Virus record (IMG/VR): IMGVR_UViG_3300036985_003045
DNA: 64,000 bases
Direction: 5' to 3' (one strand)
Source: a virus
Taxonomy: Duplodnaviria; Caudoviricetes
Below the pieces are notes generated by a model. The model was not told the origin of the DNA. It ran no database searches and worked only from the letters and a program-made list of their open reading frames with translations. A program made the position numbers and the translations under genes. Shown piece after piece: positions 9,533-17,749 of this stretch; the stretch's first letter is position 1; every line of letters begins with the position of its first letter.

Positions 9533-9806
9533 AGTTTACATCTTTAATACCATTTAACCATTCACCATCATATTTACCTTCGATAATATCACGGAATTTT
9601 TCATTTAAAAATTTAGTAGCATATTCAGGATACTGAAGGTCATGGTTTTCGATTTTATAAAAATGTTCAACACAACGTTCGATTCTTACTGCTTCTTTTT
9701 CAATTTCATCACGATTTATAGGTTGTTTTCTTATATCTAAAGATGCAATTGCAATAATTTTAAATCCATTGTCTAAACGATCTTGGATAGGTGTAGTTGA
9801 TTTCAT
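9510..9806 (-). CDS. hypothetical early protein
   Basis: First ORF behind promoter cassette. Confidence 0.65.
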   Translation of the reverse strand: MKSTTPIQDRLDNGFKIIAIASLDIRKQPINRDEIEKEAVRIERCVEHFYKIENHDLQYPEYATKFLNEKFRDIIEGKYDGEWLNGIKDVNYVEESFN

Positions 9807-9832
9807 AATATAGTTTTCCTTAGTTATTTAAT

Positions 9833-9880
9833 TTATGTATCTATTATATCATGGCTTCTGTAAATGTAAACATTTATTTT
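9833..9880 (-). promoter_or_regulatory. early promoter cassette
   Basis: GTTTAC 9866-9871, 17 nt, TATAAT 9843-9848. Confidence 0.85.
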
Positions 9881-9917
9881 TAACCAAATATGAAATAGAC
9901 TGTTTCCTAGGAAGAAA

Positions 9918-10196
9918 CTATTTATATGCTATAAGAACTAATAGAATTGTTTGAAAAAAGAATCCTACTGAATTAGATACTATGTATAATGAATCTTTAT
10001 TAGCAATAGCTCTTAATAAGAATAAGAACAATCCTACCCATATCATAATAGTCATATCTATAGGAGGTATTCTTTCAACATTACCACGAATGATACTGAT
10101 TGAAACTGGGATGGTTGAGGACTGGATAAGAATCATTCCTACCCAGCCACCAAATTCTGATATTTTTTGAAGTCTTGCCTGTACTACTTTATTCAT
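9918..10196 (-). CDS. 3-TM membrane protein, SemiSWEET/PQ-loop-like
   Basis: Three TM helices; Pro after TM1; D..YIVSN in TM3 resembles SemiSWEET D.PII.AN. Confidence 0.45.
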   Translation of the reverse strand: MNKVVQARLQKISEFGGWVGMILIQSSTIPVSISIIRGNVERIPPIDMTIMIWVGLFLFLLRAIANKDSLYIVSNSVGFFFQTILLVLIAYK

Positions 10197-10220
10197 GATA
10201 TAATATCCTCAATAATTAAT

Positions 10221-10268
10221 TTATGAGTCTATTATATCATACTTTATAGAAATGTAAACGTTTTATTT
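10221..10268 (-). promoter_or_regulatory. early promoter cassette
   Basis: GTTTAC 10254-10259, 17 nt, TATAAT 10231-10236. Confidence 0.85.
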
Positions 10269-10415
10269 ATGAGTAGTTCCACAAACAGTGCATTTATAAC
10301 CTTTCTTCTGGTCTTCATTACAAACTCTGTTTCCTTGCCCATATTCTTTATCTTGGAATTTTGCTGCTGGAGTATCTTTGCAAACACATTTTTTAATCAT
10401 TACTGTTGACGCCAT
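10263..10415 (-). CDS. small Cys-rich protein (50 aa, not in track)
   Basis: CVC...C...CTVC; GAGG RBS; stop in cassette. Confidence 0.55.
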   Translation of the reverse strand: MASTVMIKKCVCKDTPAAKFQDKEYGQGNRVCNEDQKKGYKCTVCGTTHK

Positions 10416-10548
10416 CTTTCACCTCTTCTTTTGTTTTAGAATCATCTTGTTTTTTCTTGTTAAAAATAGCATCCCAATTATCATCAAACTTCTTTCTGTC
10501 TGAAATTGGTCTTGGTTTACTACCTTTACCGCCTTTCCAACTACTCAT
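10393..10548 (-). CDS. small conserved phage protein (51 aa, not in track)
   Basis: GGKGSKPRP....FDDNWDAIF; adjacent to upstream stop. Confidence 0.55.
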   Translation of the reverse strand: MSSWKGGKGSKPRPISDRKKFDDNWDAIFNKKKQDDSKTKEEVKDGVNSND

Positions 10549-11379
10549 TTAGTTTACTAATCCTCCGTTAGAGTATTTTGCCAAAGCCCCAATACTACCT
10601 GAAAATGCATAAGTTCCTGTATGTGTGGTATTAGTAAATGGAGCATACCATATATCAATACCTATTTTTCTACACATATAACAGAATTTATAATCTTCTC
10701 CCATATTTACTTTTTGAACAATTCCACCATCTTCTACTTCAGTAATACCTACATTGAAATATGAATAAGATAATTCAATCTTCTTTGCTTCGCCTTTTAA
10801 TTGATAGGAATCTACATCCGGTGAATAATAATAATCTGGATAAGACTCACGGAACTGTCTAAATACATCTCGTTCAATTATCATTAAACCAGTTCCAGTT
10901 CCCTTTACTTTCATAATATCGGCAGAACTATATTCAGCATTTGTATCTACCGGAATAATAGGAAATGAACCTGTTACAGATGGTAATAAACTTGGATCAA
11001 TATCAGGATTCTTCAATATAACATCTTTTATATTGTTCCAATTAATAAGTTTCCTTGGATATGCTCCACCAATAACTTGTTTGCCTGTAGCTAACATAGC
11101 AATTACTTCAATTGCCTTGAATCCTACATCGGCATCAATGAATAATAAATGAGTATATTCAGTTTCCAAGAATTGATTAACAATATGATTACGCGCTTCT
11201 TGTACTAAACTAATATTAGATGTGCTAATTAGTTTAATAGGAATTTCATACTGTAAACATAAATGCTGTAGTTCTAATAAAGCATGTAGATACTCATGAT
11301 AGCATTGACCACCATACATGGGAGTACCAACTAATAGACTTTTACCACCGAGAGTTTCTTTACTTAATTGGATATCCAT
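10549..11379 (-). CDS. GT-A fold glycosyltransferase-like protein
   Basis: TPMYGG, SLV..ARN, DxD motif FIDADV, GTGLM, GEDY..C. Confidence 0.75.
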   Translation of the reverse strand: MDIQLSKETLGGKSLLVGTPMYGGQCYHEYLHALLELQHLCLQYEIPIKLISTSNISLVQEARNHIVNQFLETEYTHLLFIDADVGFKAIEVIAMLATGKQVIGGAYPRKLINWNNIKDVILKNPDIDPSLLPSVTGSFPIIPVDTNAEYSSADIMKVKGTGTGLMIIERDVFRQFRESYPDYYYSPDVDSYQLKGEAKKIELSYSYFNVGITEVEDGGIVQKVNMGEDYKFCYMCRKIGIDIWYAPFTNTTHTGTYAFSGSIGALAKYSNGGLVN

Positions 11380-11380
11380 A

Positions 11381-11650
11381 TTATCTGTCTAATACAGCTA
11401 TAATGAATTCTTCTTTAATCATTACTCGTTGTTCACCATTAATAGTAACAGGATTACCTTTTGACCAATCTAATAATATTTCATCTCCAACTGCAACTTC
11501 AGTAACTTCTGAACCAATTGCTAATACCCGCCCAGTTTCATTATCAATTACAGACCTAACACCTTCAATAATAATACCACCCGTTGAAATGGTTTTTCTA
11601 GCAATTTGGGCAATCAATACTTGTTTTCTAATTGGTGTAACTTCACTCAT
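11381..11650 (-). CDS. groES: GroES/Cpn10 co-chaperonin (gp31 analogue)
   Basis: P...VL, TGGIII mobile loop, GRVLAIGSEV..VAVGD.IL, KEEFIIAV. Confidence 0.9.
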   Translation of the reverse strand: MSEVTPIRKQVLIAQIARKTISTGGIIIEGVRSVIDNETGRVLAIGSEVTEVAVGDEILLDWSKGNPVTINGEQRVMIKEEFIIAVLDR

Positions 11651-11862
11651 TTCACTATCCTTTTATTAATTAAAATTATTTAGTACACTCTTTCTTCCAT
11701 AATACAAACGATTCTTCACGGCATTGTATTAATCCAGACTTTGCTGCTATTTCCATCTTAACAGTATCTTCGTGGTTTACTGTATAAACAGATACACCAA
11801 TCAAACTGCATAATGCGATAATTGATATTATATATTGCATAATTCACCTCATGTTATAAAAT

Positions 11863-11921
11863 TGGTCGCTTATTATGTTCCGAGCGATAGCGGAAACGGA
11901 CTTCTACCACTGGTAGACCCC
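11863..11921 (-). ncRNA. candidate CCA-ended small RNA at 3' end of tRNA array
   Basis: GC-rich, hairpins CTACC-AGT-GGTAG and TCGCT..AGCGA; ends CCA followed by ATTTT like the tRNAs. Confidence 0.35.
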
Positions 11922-11927
11922 TAAAAT

Positions 11928-12004
11928 TGGTCTCCTATGAAGGATTTGAACCTCCGACCCTTCCGCCCCAAACGGAATGCGCTACCAGACTGCGCTAATA
12001 GGAG
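11928..12004 (-). tRNA. tRNA-Pro(TGG)
   Basis: Full cloverleaf; anticodon arm TTCCG-TTTGGGG-CGGAA; TTCAAAT T-loop; encoded CCA. Confidence 0.95.
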
Positions 12005-12010
12005 AAAAAT

Positions 12011-12085
12011 TGGCGGTTCTAATGGGAATTGAACCCATCTCTACGCTGTGACAGAGCGTTATACTAACCAATATACTATAGAACC
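12011..12085 (-). tRNA. tRNA-Asp(GTC)
   Basis: Cloverleaf; ACGCT-CTGTCAC-AGCGT; encoded CCA. Confidence 0.95.
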
Positions 12086-12091
12086 TAAAAT

Positions 12092-12166
12092 TGGTGTCCC
12101 TAATGAGATTCGAACTCATGTTATTGGATTGAAAGTCCAATATCCTAACCGCTAGACGATAGGGAC
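12092..12166 (-). tRNA. tRNA-Glu(TTC)
   Basis: Cloverleaf; TTGGA-CTTTCAA-TCCAA; TTCGAAT; encoded CCA. Confidence 0.95.
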
Positions 12167-12173
12167 ATAATTT

Positions 12174-12248
12174 TGGAGCTCCCTACCGGAATCGAACCGA
12201 TTTATGATGATTACAAGTCAACTGCATCGCCACTTATGCTTAGGGAGC
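12174..12248 (-). tRNA. tRNA-Thr(TGT)
   Basis: Cloverleaf; GTTGA-CTTGTAA-TCATC (one mismatch); encoded CCA. Confidence 0.9.
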
Positions 12249-12507
12249 AAACTATTTAAATGTACTTATACGTAATTAGGAACTATCTCCATAGGTAACC
12301 TAATCAATTACAAATACATTTAAGAAAACACACTAGCCTTACGATACCCCATTTCTGGCTCCAGCAGTTAGACTCGACTCAGTAGGTCTATCTAATGTGT
12401 TTTATTAAAATTAGAGGCGTAATTCAGGGACTCTTACCCCACCATTGTTCCAGTAAAACCGCCCTACTGGTAGTGCCTTACTTTTCGGGTAATTAATCCG
12501 ATTAATT

Positions 12508-12581
12508 TGGAGCGGGATATCAGAATCGAACTGATGACAGAAGTTTGGAAAACTCCAGTTTTACCATTAAACTAATCCCGC
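12508..12581 (-). tRNA. tRNA-Gly(TCC)
   Basis: Cloverleaf; GGAGT-TTTCCAA-ACTTC; U73 discriminator; encoded CCA. Confidence 0.95.
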
Positions 12582-12586
12582 AAAAT

Positions 12587-12661
12587 TGGCTCCTTGAGAT
12601 GGGCTCGAACCACCGACCGGACGATTAACAGTCGTCTGCTCTACCACTGAGCTATCAAGGA
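12587..12661 (-). tRNA. tRNA-Asn(GTT)
   Basis: Cloverleaf; GACGA-CTGTTAA-TCGTC; encoded CCA. Confidence 0.95.
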
Positions 12662-12669
12662 TTAAATCT

Positions 12670-12939
12670 TTATTTAGTTGTGTATCTTCTATGTATGTAT
12701 ACATCATAACGAACAGCATCTGCTAAAGCTATAGTAACAATACTAGTGTTTTTATATTTAGCAGCTGCTGGATTATTCTTTCCTAATCTACCTTTAACCG
12801 ATACTCTAAAAGATTGTTTATTAATCTTATTCAGAGTTTTAACTGTGGTTCTAATAGAAGCTAATTGAGCCATTTCAACAGTAGATTTAGGATCTACAGT
12901 CATAACATAATTTTCTGTTCTCATAATATAATTCCTCAT
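12670..12939 (-). CDS. conserved hypothetical basic protein
   Basis: ORF track; likely start near 12924 after GAGGA leader. Confidence 0.65.
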   Translation of the reverse strand: MRNYIMRTENYVMTVDPKSTVEMAQLASIRTTVKTLNKINKQSFRVSVKGRLGKNNPAAAKYKNTSIVTIALADAVRYDVYIHRRYTTK

Positions 12940-13103
12940 TTATTTCGTTTTATCAACTACTAATACTTTATAGCCTAATTCACTCTTTTTATCGGCAAAT
13001 TCATTTGCTTCAATAAGGGTTTCAAATTTAGTATGCCCTACCATATTGCCATTAACATATACGTATACAATAAACATAATATATAATTCCTCATTTATTT
13101 AAT

Positions 13104-13151
13104 TTATGAGTCTATTATATACAGTTTTCAGAAAAAGTAAACATTTATTTT
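13104..13151 (-). promoter_or_regulatory. early promoter cassette (probably drives tRNA array)
   Basis: GTTTAC 13137-13142, 17 nt, TATAAT 13114-13119. Confidence 0.85.
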
Positions 13152-13166
13152 CACTTTTTATATCCT

Positions 13167-13640
13167 TTATTCGCCTTCTGGCAAGTCCTTTTGACCAGTC
13201 TTCACCGACTTTTTTCTTTCTTTTTTCACCTTTTCCACAGGCACTATAGAAACTAAACCATTATCAAATGCAAATTTATGACTTAAATTTTTATATAATG
13301 GAGTCAAATCCTGTTCTTTAACTGCAAGAATTAACTTAGCTTCTGTAGGATGCAATCCTTCTAATAATTGAACAAAGATAGATTCTCTACGTAATGCTGT
13401 TAAATCAGTACGACAAAAGATGTATAACTTCTTTACTTCCATCATTAAATTACCCGGTGTCATACCTATTGGAGCCACATCTTCTTTATATGGAGGTGCA
13501 CCCTCTGGTAATACCATCTTTTTTGCTGGGTCATAAGCATATTCAAACAATAATCTTAATGCGCCATTTTCTCTATATTTCATTAATGCTGAAGCATCAG
13601 TATTAATTTCATCTAATATTTCTGTTAAATATTTACTCAC
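13167..13640 (-). CDS. conserved T4-like hypothetical protein downstream of RNase H
   Basis: RRESIFVQLLEGLHPTEAKLIL signature; coupled to rnh. Confidence 0.7.
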   Translation of the reverse strand: MSKYLTEILDEINTDASALMKYRENGALRLLFEYAYDPAKKMVLPEGAPPYKEDVAPIGMTPGNLMMEVKKLYIFCRTDLTALRRESIFVQLLEGLHPTEAKLILAVKEQDLTPLYKNLSHKFAFDNGLVSIVPVEKVKKERKKSVKTGQKDLPEGE

Positions 13641-14542
13641 TAAAATTCCTCAATTTTGTCTAATAGTAATTTGCACCTATTTTGAATAAGATAATTCATT
13701 ATTCGCATTCGATCCATTTTGGGTTTGCATTTTATATATTCATCTATAATAGTTTCTTTTATATCAACAGGAATCTTTTCAAATGATATCAATTGTTCAT
13801 TTCTATCCCAATTACGGATTTCAGTATCATTTTTGCAAGCCGCTTTTCCTAATTCTATAAATTCTGCAAGACGTTTTGCTGAAACAGGGGTTTGTCTTAC
13901 ACCTTCTGTGACTATAGCAGAATCATCACTTAGTATATTTGGTATACCGTCATCAGAAGCCTTTACAATATGGGTGATATACTTCTCATAAAGATCTCGC
14001 TTTGACATCTTTAACTGTTTTTTAATTATAGGCGAGAATTGATAAATGTTATCCCATTTTTGTAATTGTAAAAAGTCATGATCAGAACTAATAATCATTA
14101 TTTTCTGTGGTTCCTCAAATAAACCTGTCGATGCTAGTTCATTTGTTTGAGACCATTCAGATAGTATTGCAATAATATCATCTGCTTCTGCTCTATCAAT
14201 ATGCATAACTTTGTATGGAAAATATTCTTTAATATCCTCACGGATACTAGTCATACAATCAAATATTAGTTTCCAGTTCATGTCAGACTTTTCACGGCTT
14301 TTCTTTCTATCTCCTTTATAATAAGGAAATACTTCTTTACGCCAATAGTTTCTACCATCTGCTGCGATTACTACTTGGCCATATTCTTTACTGTACTTAT
14401 TTTTATAAGACAATATAGTATTCAATATAGCATGTCTTACAATATTCTTAACTTGGGTTTCATCACCACCAACCAATAATGGTTTGAATTCACTGTTTGT
14501 TATAACAGACATTGCTATCTGTGAATAATCTAATATAATCAT
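13640..14542 (-). CDS. rnh: RNase H / 5'-3' flap exonuclease
   Basis: IILDYS, YWRK.VFPYYK..RK, EADDII, SSDHDFLQL, DDGIPN. Confidence 0.92.
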   Translation of the reverse strand: MIILDYSQIAMSVITNSEFKPLLVGGDETQVKNIVRHAILNTILSYKNKYSKEYGQVVIAADGRNYWRKEVFPYYKGDRKKSREKSDMNWKLIFDCMTSIREDIKEYFPYKVMHIDRAEADDIIAILSEWSQTNELASTGLFEEPQKIMIISSDHDFLQLQKWDNIYQFSPIIKKQLKMSKRDLYEKYITHIVKASDDGIPNILSDDSAIVTEGVRQTPVSAKRLAEFIELGKAACKNDTEIRNWDRNEQLISFEKIPVDIKETIIDEYIKCKPKMDRMRIMNYLIQNRCKLLLDKIEEF

Positions 14543-15696
14543 CAGAATGCTCCTAATAATATTGTGTCTTCATTCAACCTGCCATTTGGTGTTACTGTTT
14601 TTGCATTAACTGTTTTTACACCGGCACTTAAAGTTTTCTTTGCGATTGCAGTATTATTAAAGAACTCTTCAGGTTTCCTAAGCATAATTTGTATAGATTC
14701 AGTTATATCAAAACCAAGAATTGCTGTACCTTTAATAGTCAATTTAGTATCTTTAACTGCTTTATATACTGCAAGTTTTCTGTACTTAGTATTATAAGTC
14801 CATATTTCATTACTATCAACTAAGGATGTAGGTGAAATAGATTTTAGTTTAAGATCACCAAACTCTTTAAGATACTTAACCTTTTCAATAATTTTATTTA
14901 GAGGTATAGGTTTCTTAACTCTAGGTTTAGATACCTTTGCTGAAACTATACGTTGATTGCATCCATTAACTATAGAAGAAACAAATGTAATAAACTTCTT
15001 TAATTGAGCTTTTGTGAAATTACTATATCCTTCTTGAAGATCTAAATCAGTCTCTACTTCTTCAAGTTCTTTTAATAGTTCATTATAATATGAACCTATA
15101 TCTTTAGCTACAGGACCGGTGATTTCACGTGCTTTTAAATAACTTGTAATATCAAAATCAGATTTTTTATTCTTTACAAAATCATCGATAGCACCTTCAA
15201 TATCTTCAGAATACTGAATTGCTAATTCATGGGTTTTATCTACTTTAATCTTAGGTTCTACTTTAGTAGTAACTAAAAGATCTGGTTCTTTAACTAAACT
15301 GTAAATCTCAATCAACCTTTTAATTGTATCTTCAATATAAGTTGAATGTACATCTTCGAGATATTCTTCTCTAAGTTTTAAACGACATAAAACACCGAGA
15401 GATCTTATTTCAGAATCAGAAGCTTTATTAATAGTAGGGACTAATTTCTTCCTTTCAGTTGAGATAAGATATTCATGAATATATGTTCTAGCTTGCTTAA
15501 AGTCTATATTAAGATTATACCAATTAGTTACATGAACTAGTGACATTTTATAATTGAAAGGATCTGTAGAAGGTTCATCTCCACCTTTAAACTTAGCTTC
15601 GATACTTCTAACCTTATCACGTCTTTTTTCAGCTTTTGCTTTTTTACTTTCAACAAAAGAGTCTGATCGCTCTATTTTTTTAGTTTTAATAGCCAT
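14542..15696 (-). CDS. conserved T4-like hypothetical protein
   Basis: LKSISP..LV...IWTYNTKYRKL..Y block recurrent in T4-like phages. Confidence 0.7.
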   Translation of the reverse strand: MAIKTKKIERSDSFVESKKAKAEKRRDKVRSIEAKFKGGDEPSTDPFNYKMSLVHVTNWYNLNIDFKQARTYIHEYLISTERKKLVPTINKASDSEIRSLGVLCRLKLREEYLEDVHSTYIEDTIKRLIEIYSLVKEPDLLVTTKVEPKIKVDKTHELAIQYSEDIEGAIDDFVKNKKSDFDITSYLKAREITGPVAKDIGSYYNELLKELEEVETDLDLQEGYSNFTKAQLKKFITFVSSIVNGCNQRIVSAKVSKPRVKKPIPLNKIIEKVKYLKEFGDLKLKSISPTSLVDSNEIWTYNTKYRKLAVYKAVKDTKLTIKGTAILGFDITESIQIMLRKPEEFFNNTAIAKKTLSAGVKTVNAKTVTPNGRLNEDTILLGAF

Positions 15697-15719
15697 AATT
15701 GCTCCAATTTCAAAGTACC

Positions 15720-15749
15720 ATTATATATCAAAAGCTGAGAAAAGTAAAT
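15720..15749 (-). promoter_or_regulatory. sigma70-like promoter (variant)
   Basis: ATTTAC 15744-15749, 18 nt, TATAAT 15720-15725. Confidence 0.5.
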
Positions 15750-15925
15750 AGTTAACAAATGCGAAAAAGTGACCTTTTTAATAAAAATTTCATTTTAAAA
15801 TCAATCATTTAGAGACCACCTTTTTCGCTTTTCTGTGAAAATGCTAAGTATATCACCCTTAAAAATAAAAAGTGTGCACCGAACGCATTATTTTTATTTT
15901 GTTACACATAATCAATATGTTAGAA

Positions 15926-16186
15926 TCATTCGGTCTCAAGTAAAGATTCATATAAATGTTGAAATTCTTCTGAATCGGTAACTTGCTCGTTATAGTTTTG
16001 TTTATGATAAGCTCGTGCAATCTTATTGATATGTTTCTTGGGTAACTCAAATTTATCAGCTAAATCTTCAACAATATCTTTGACGAGTTCTTTCTCAGCG
16101 TCAATTCTAGTATACGAATTGCTAATCTCGAATAAGGCATCTTTAATTTTTTTCTTGTCGACTGGATTGCTCACTACTAATGTCAT
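15926..16186 (-). CDS. dsbA: double-stranded DNA-binding protein DsbA
   Basis: 86 aa from ATG 16186; E.VKDI......FELPKK.INKIARAYHKQN pattern. Confidence 0.75.
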   Translation of the reverse strand: MTLVVSNPVDKKKIKDALFEISNSYTRIDAEKELVKDIVEDLADKFELPKKHINKIARAYHKQNYNEQVTDSEEFQHLYESLLETE

Positions 16187-16187
16187 A

Positions 16188-16385
16188 TTATTTTCCTGAA
16201 GTGGTTGAAGTTGTTGATATTTTAAAAATACAAATAAGTACCCATGCTGCAAGATAATTTTCAAATGAAGAATCTATTGCTAACGAAGGAAACAAAGTGT
16301 TCAATGCCCATATTAATAATATGGGCGCAATTGATAATAGTACAAGTAAAAATGTAATTAATAATACTGTTGGGATTGATTTCAT
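16188..16385 (-). CDS. small membrane protein
   Basis: Two hydrophobic segments. Confidence 0.6.
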   Translation of the reverse strand: MKSIPTVLLITFLLVLLSIAPILLIWALNTLFPSLAIDSSFENYLAAWVLICIFKISTTSTTSGK

Positions 16386-16597
16386 AATATTGTTATACCT
16401 TTTCGACTATACAGTTTTTTAGATTTCACGACTTGCATCTTGAACCTTGGAGTTCTTAATGCCTTCGCTACAGGACTTCTCATTTTTTGCACCTCTTTAT
16501 TGTTTCTGAAAATAAATCACATACATCTTGTAAAGCTATTGCAACAAAAGTAAATACACCAGCAATTACAACAAAATATTGAATAAATTGTAACATG

Positions 16598-16816
16598 TTA
16601 TACTCCAAATGTTTGGTCAAATTCTTGTTGACCTTCATCCAGTTCTTTTAAACACTGTTCAAGTTTATTAATTCTTTCACATAGTTTATAATAACCAGCA
16701 TATGATAATGCCATCTCATAAGAACCATCTTGTGATGATTTCCAATGGCTATTACTACTATGAATGGATTCAGCTTTTTCTTTTAGTTCTTGTAAAGTCA
16801 TTTCTTCTAAGTTCAT
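16598..16816 (-). CDS. hypothetical protein
   Basis: ORF track; TAATG coupling. Confidence 0.6.
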   Translation of the reverse strand: MNLEEMTLQELKEKAESIHSSNSHWKSSQDGSYEMALSYAGYYKLCERINKLEQCLKELDEGQQEFDQTFGV

Positions 16817-16983
16817 TATTTAACCTCTTTAACAGTATATTTCTTAATGTCTGAAAGTGGATAACCACTAAGTCTAAGAGTTTCAATTGCAGAAACTTTT
16901 GCTCTTAGCTTGCAATCAGCATCAATATTAGTAATGGAAAAAGTTCCTTTTGGTTTTAGTTTAAAGTCGACGGTGTATTTCAT
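16816..16983 (-). CDS. hypothetical early protein
   Basis: ATG 16983 after GAGGA leader of promoter cassette. Confidence 0.6.
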   Translation of the reverse strand: MKYTVDFKLKPKGTFSITNIDADCKLRAKVSAIETLRLSGYPLSDIKKYTVKEVK

Positions 16984-17010
16984 AATATATAATTTCCTCA
17001 TTTATTTAAT

Positions 17011-17058
17011 TTATGAGACTATTATATACTAGTTTACATCATTGTAAACGTTTATTTT
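17011..17058 (-). promoter_or_regulatory. early promoter cassette
   Basis: GTTTAC 17044-17049, 17 nt, TATAAT 17021-17026. Confidence 0.85.
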
Positions 17059-17084
17059 TAACCAAAAAGGAAATATACTGTTTC

Positions 17085-17528
17085 CTAGGGAGAAATAATA
17101 AGGACTTTATCTCGTATATGATTACCATGCACGCGAATCATTATATTATTATTATAATAATCATTTGATTCTAATACATTACGAAGCATTTGTTCTTTTG
17201 CTTCTAAATAAGAACATGATGCCTTTGATGAGCAGAAATATAGTATTTCACGTTTGAATTTATCTTGACCTAATGTAGATACATCCAAAGATAGTTCAAT
17301 ACTAGATCCATAATAATCTAGCCAATCTGAATCTACCTTTGATTTAATCTTCTTCTTTTTCTTTTCGCCAGTCTTTAGAGTAACAGTTTTTGTTTTTGTT
17401 TTTGAAAACTTGGCTGATTTCTTACCTATATATTTACGACCTGAAGGTATACAAGTTATTAAATATACAAAACCTATACAATTATCAGGTAACTCAGTTA
17501 CCTCAACATCCTTGTAATACCAAGTCAT
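17085..17528 (-). CDS. GIY-YIG endonuclease, endonuclease II (DenA)-like
   Basis: GFVYLIT...RKYIGKK, YYGSS, LEAKEQ, YYNNNI. Confidence 0.8.
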   Translation of the reverse strand: MTWYYKDVEVTELPDNCIGFVYLITCIPSGRKYIGKKSAKFSKTKTKTVTLKTGEKKKKKIKSKVDSDWLDYYGSSIELSLDVSTLGQDKFKREILYFCSSKASCSYLEAKEQMLRNVLESNDYYNNNIMIRVHGNHIRDKVLIISP

Positions 17529-17677
17529 TAATAATAGTCATCCGTATCTTCTTCTAATATATCTGCTCCACATACTGGACAATATACAATTTCTTCTAAA
17601 CTTATATCTTTAGATATAATCACTATTTTGCCTTCAGTTTCACATGATTTGCATTCAAATGTTTTTGATGTTGCCAT
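17528..17677 (-). CDS. zinc-ribbon protein (49 aa, not in track)
   Basis: CKSC...CPVCG; acidic tail; TAATG coupling. Confidence 0.7.
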   Translation of the reverse strand: MATSKTFECKSCETEGKIVIISKDISLEEIVYCPVCGADILEEDTDDYY

Positions 17678-17749
17678 TTCTATCCTTATTTAATTTAATT
17701 TAATTGGCTTACAATATGGTAAACCAATTTACAATTTGTAAAACTTTAT

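Noticed and set aside
15859-16264. ORF 15859..16050 and the long start of 15926..16264
   Set aside because: The first overlaps dsbA out of frame; the second start lies inside the upstream membrane gene, so ATG 16186 fits better
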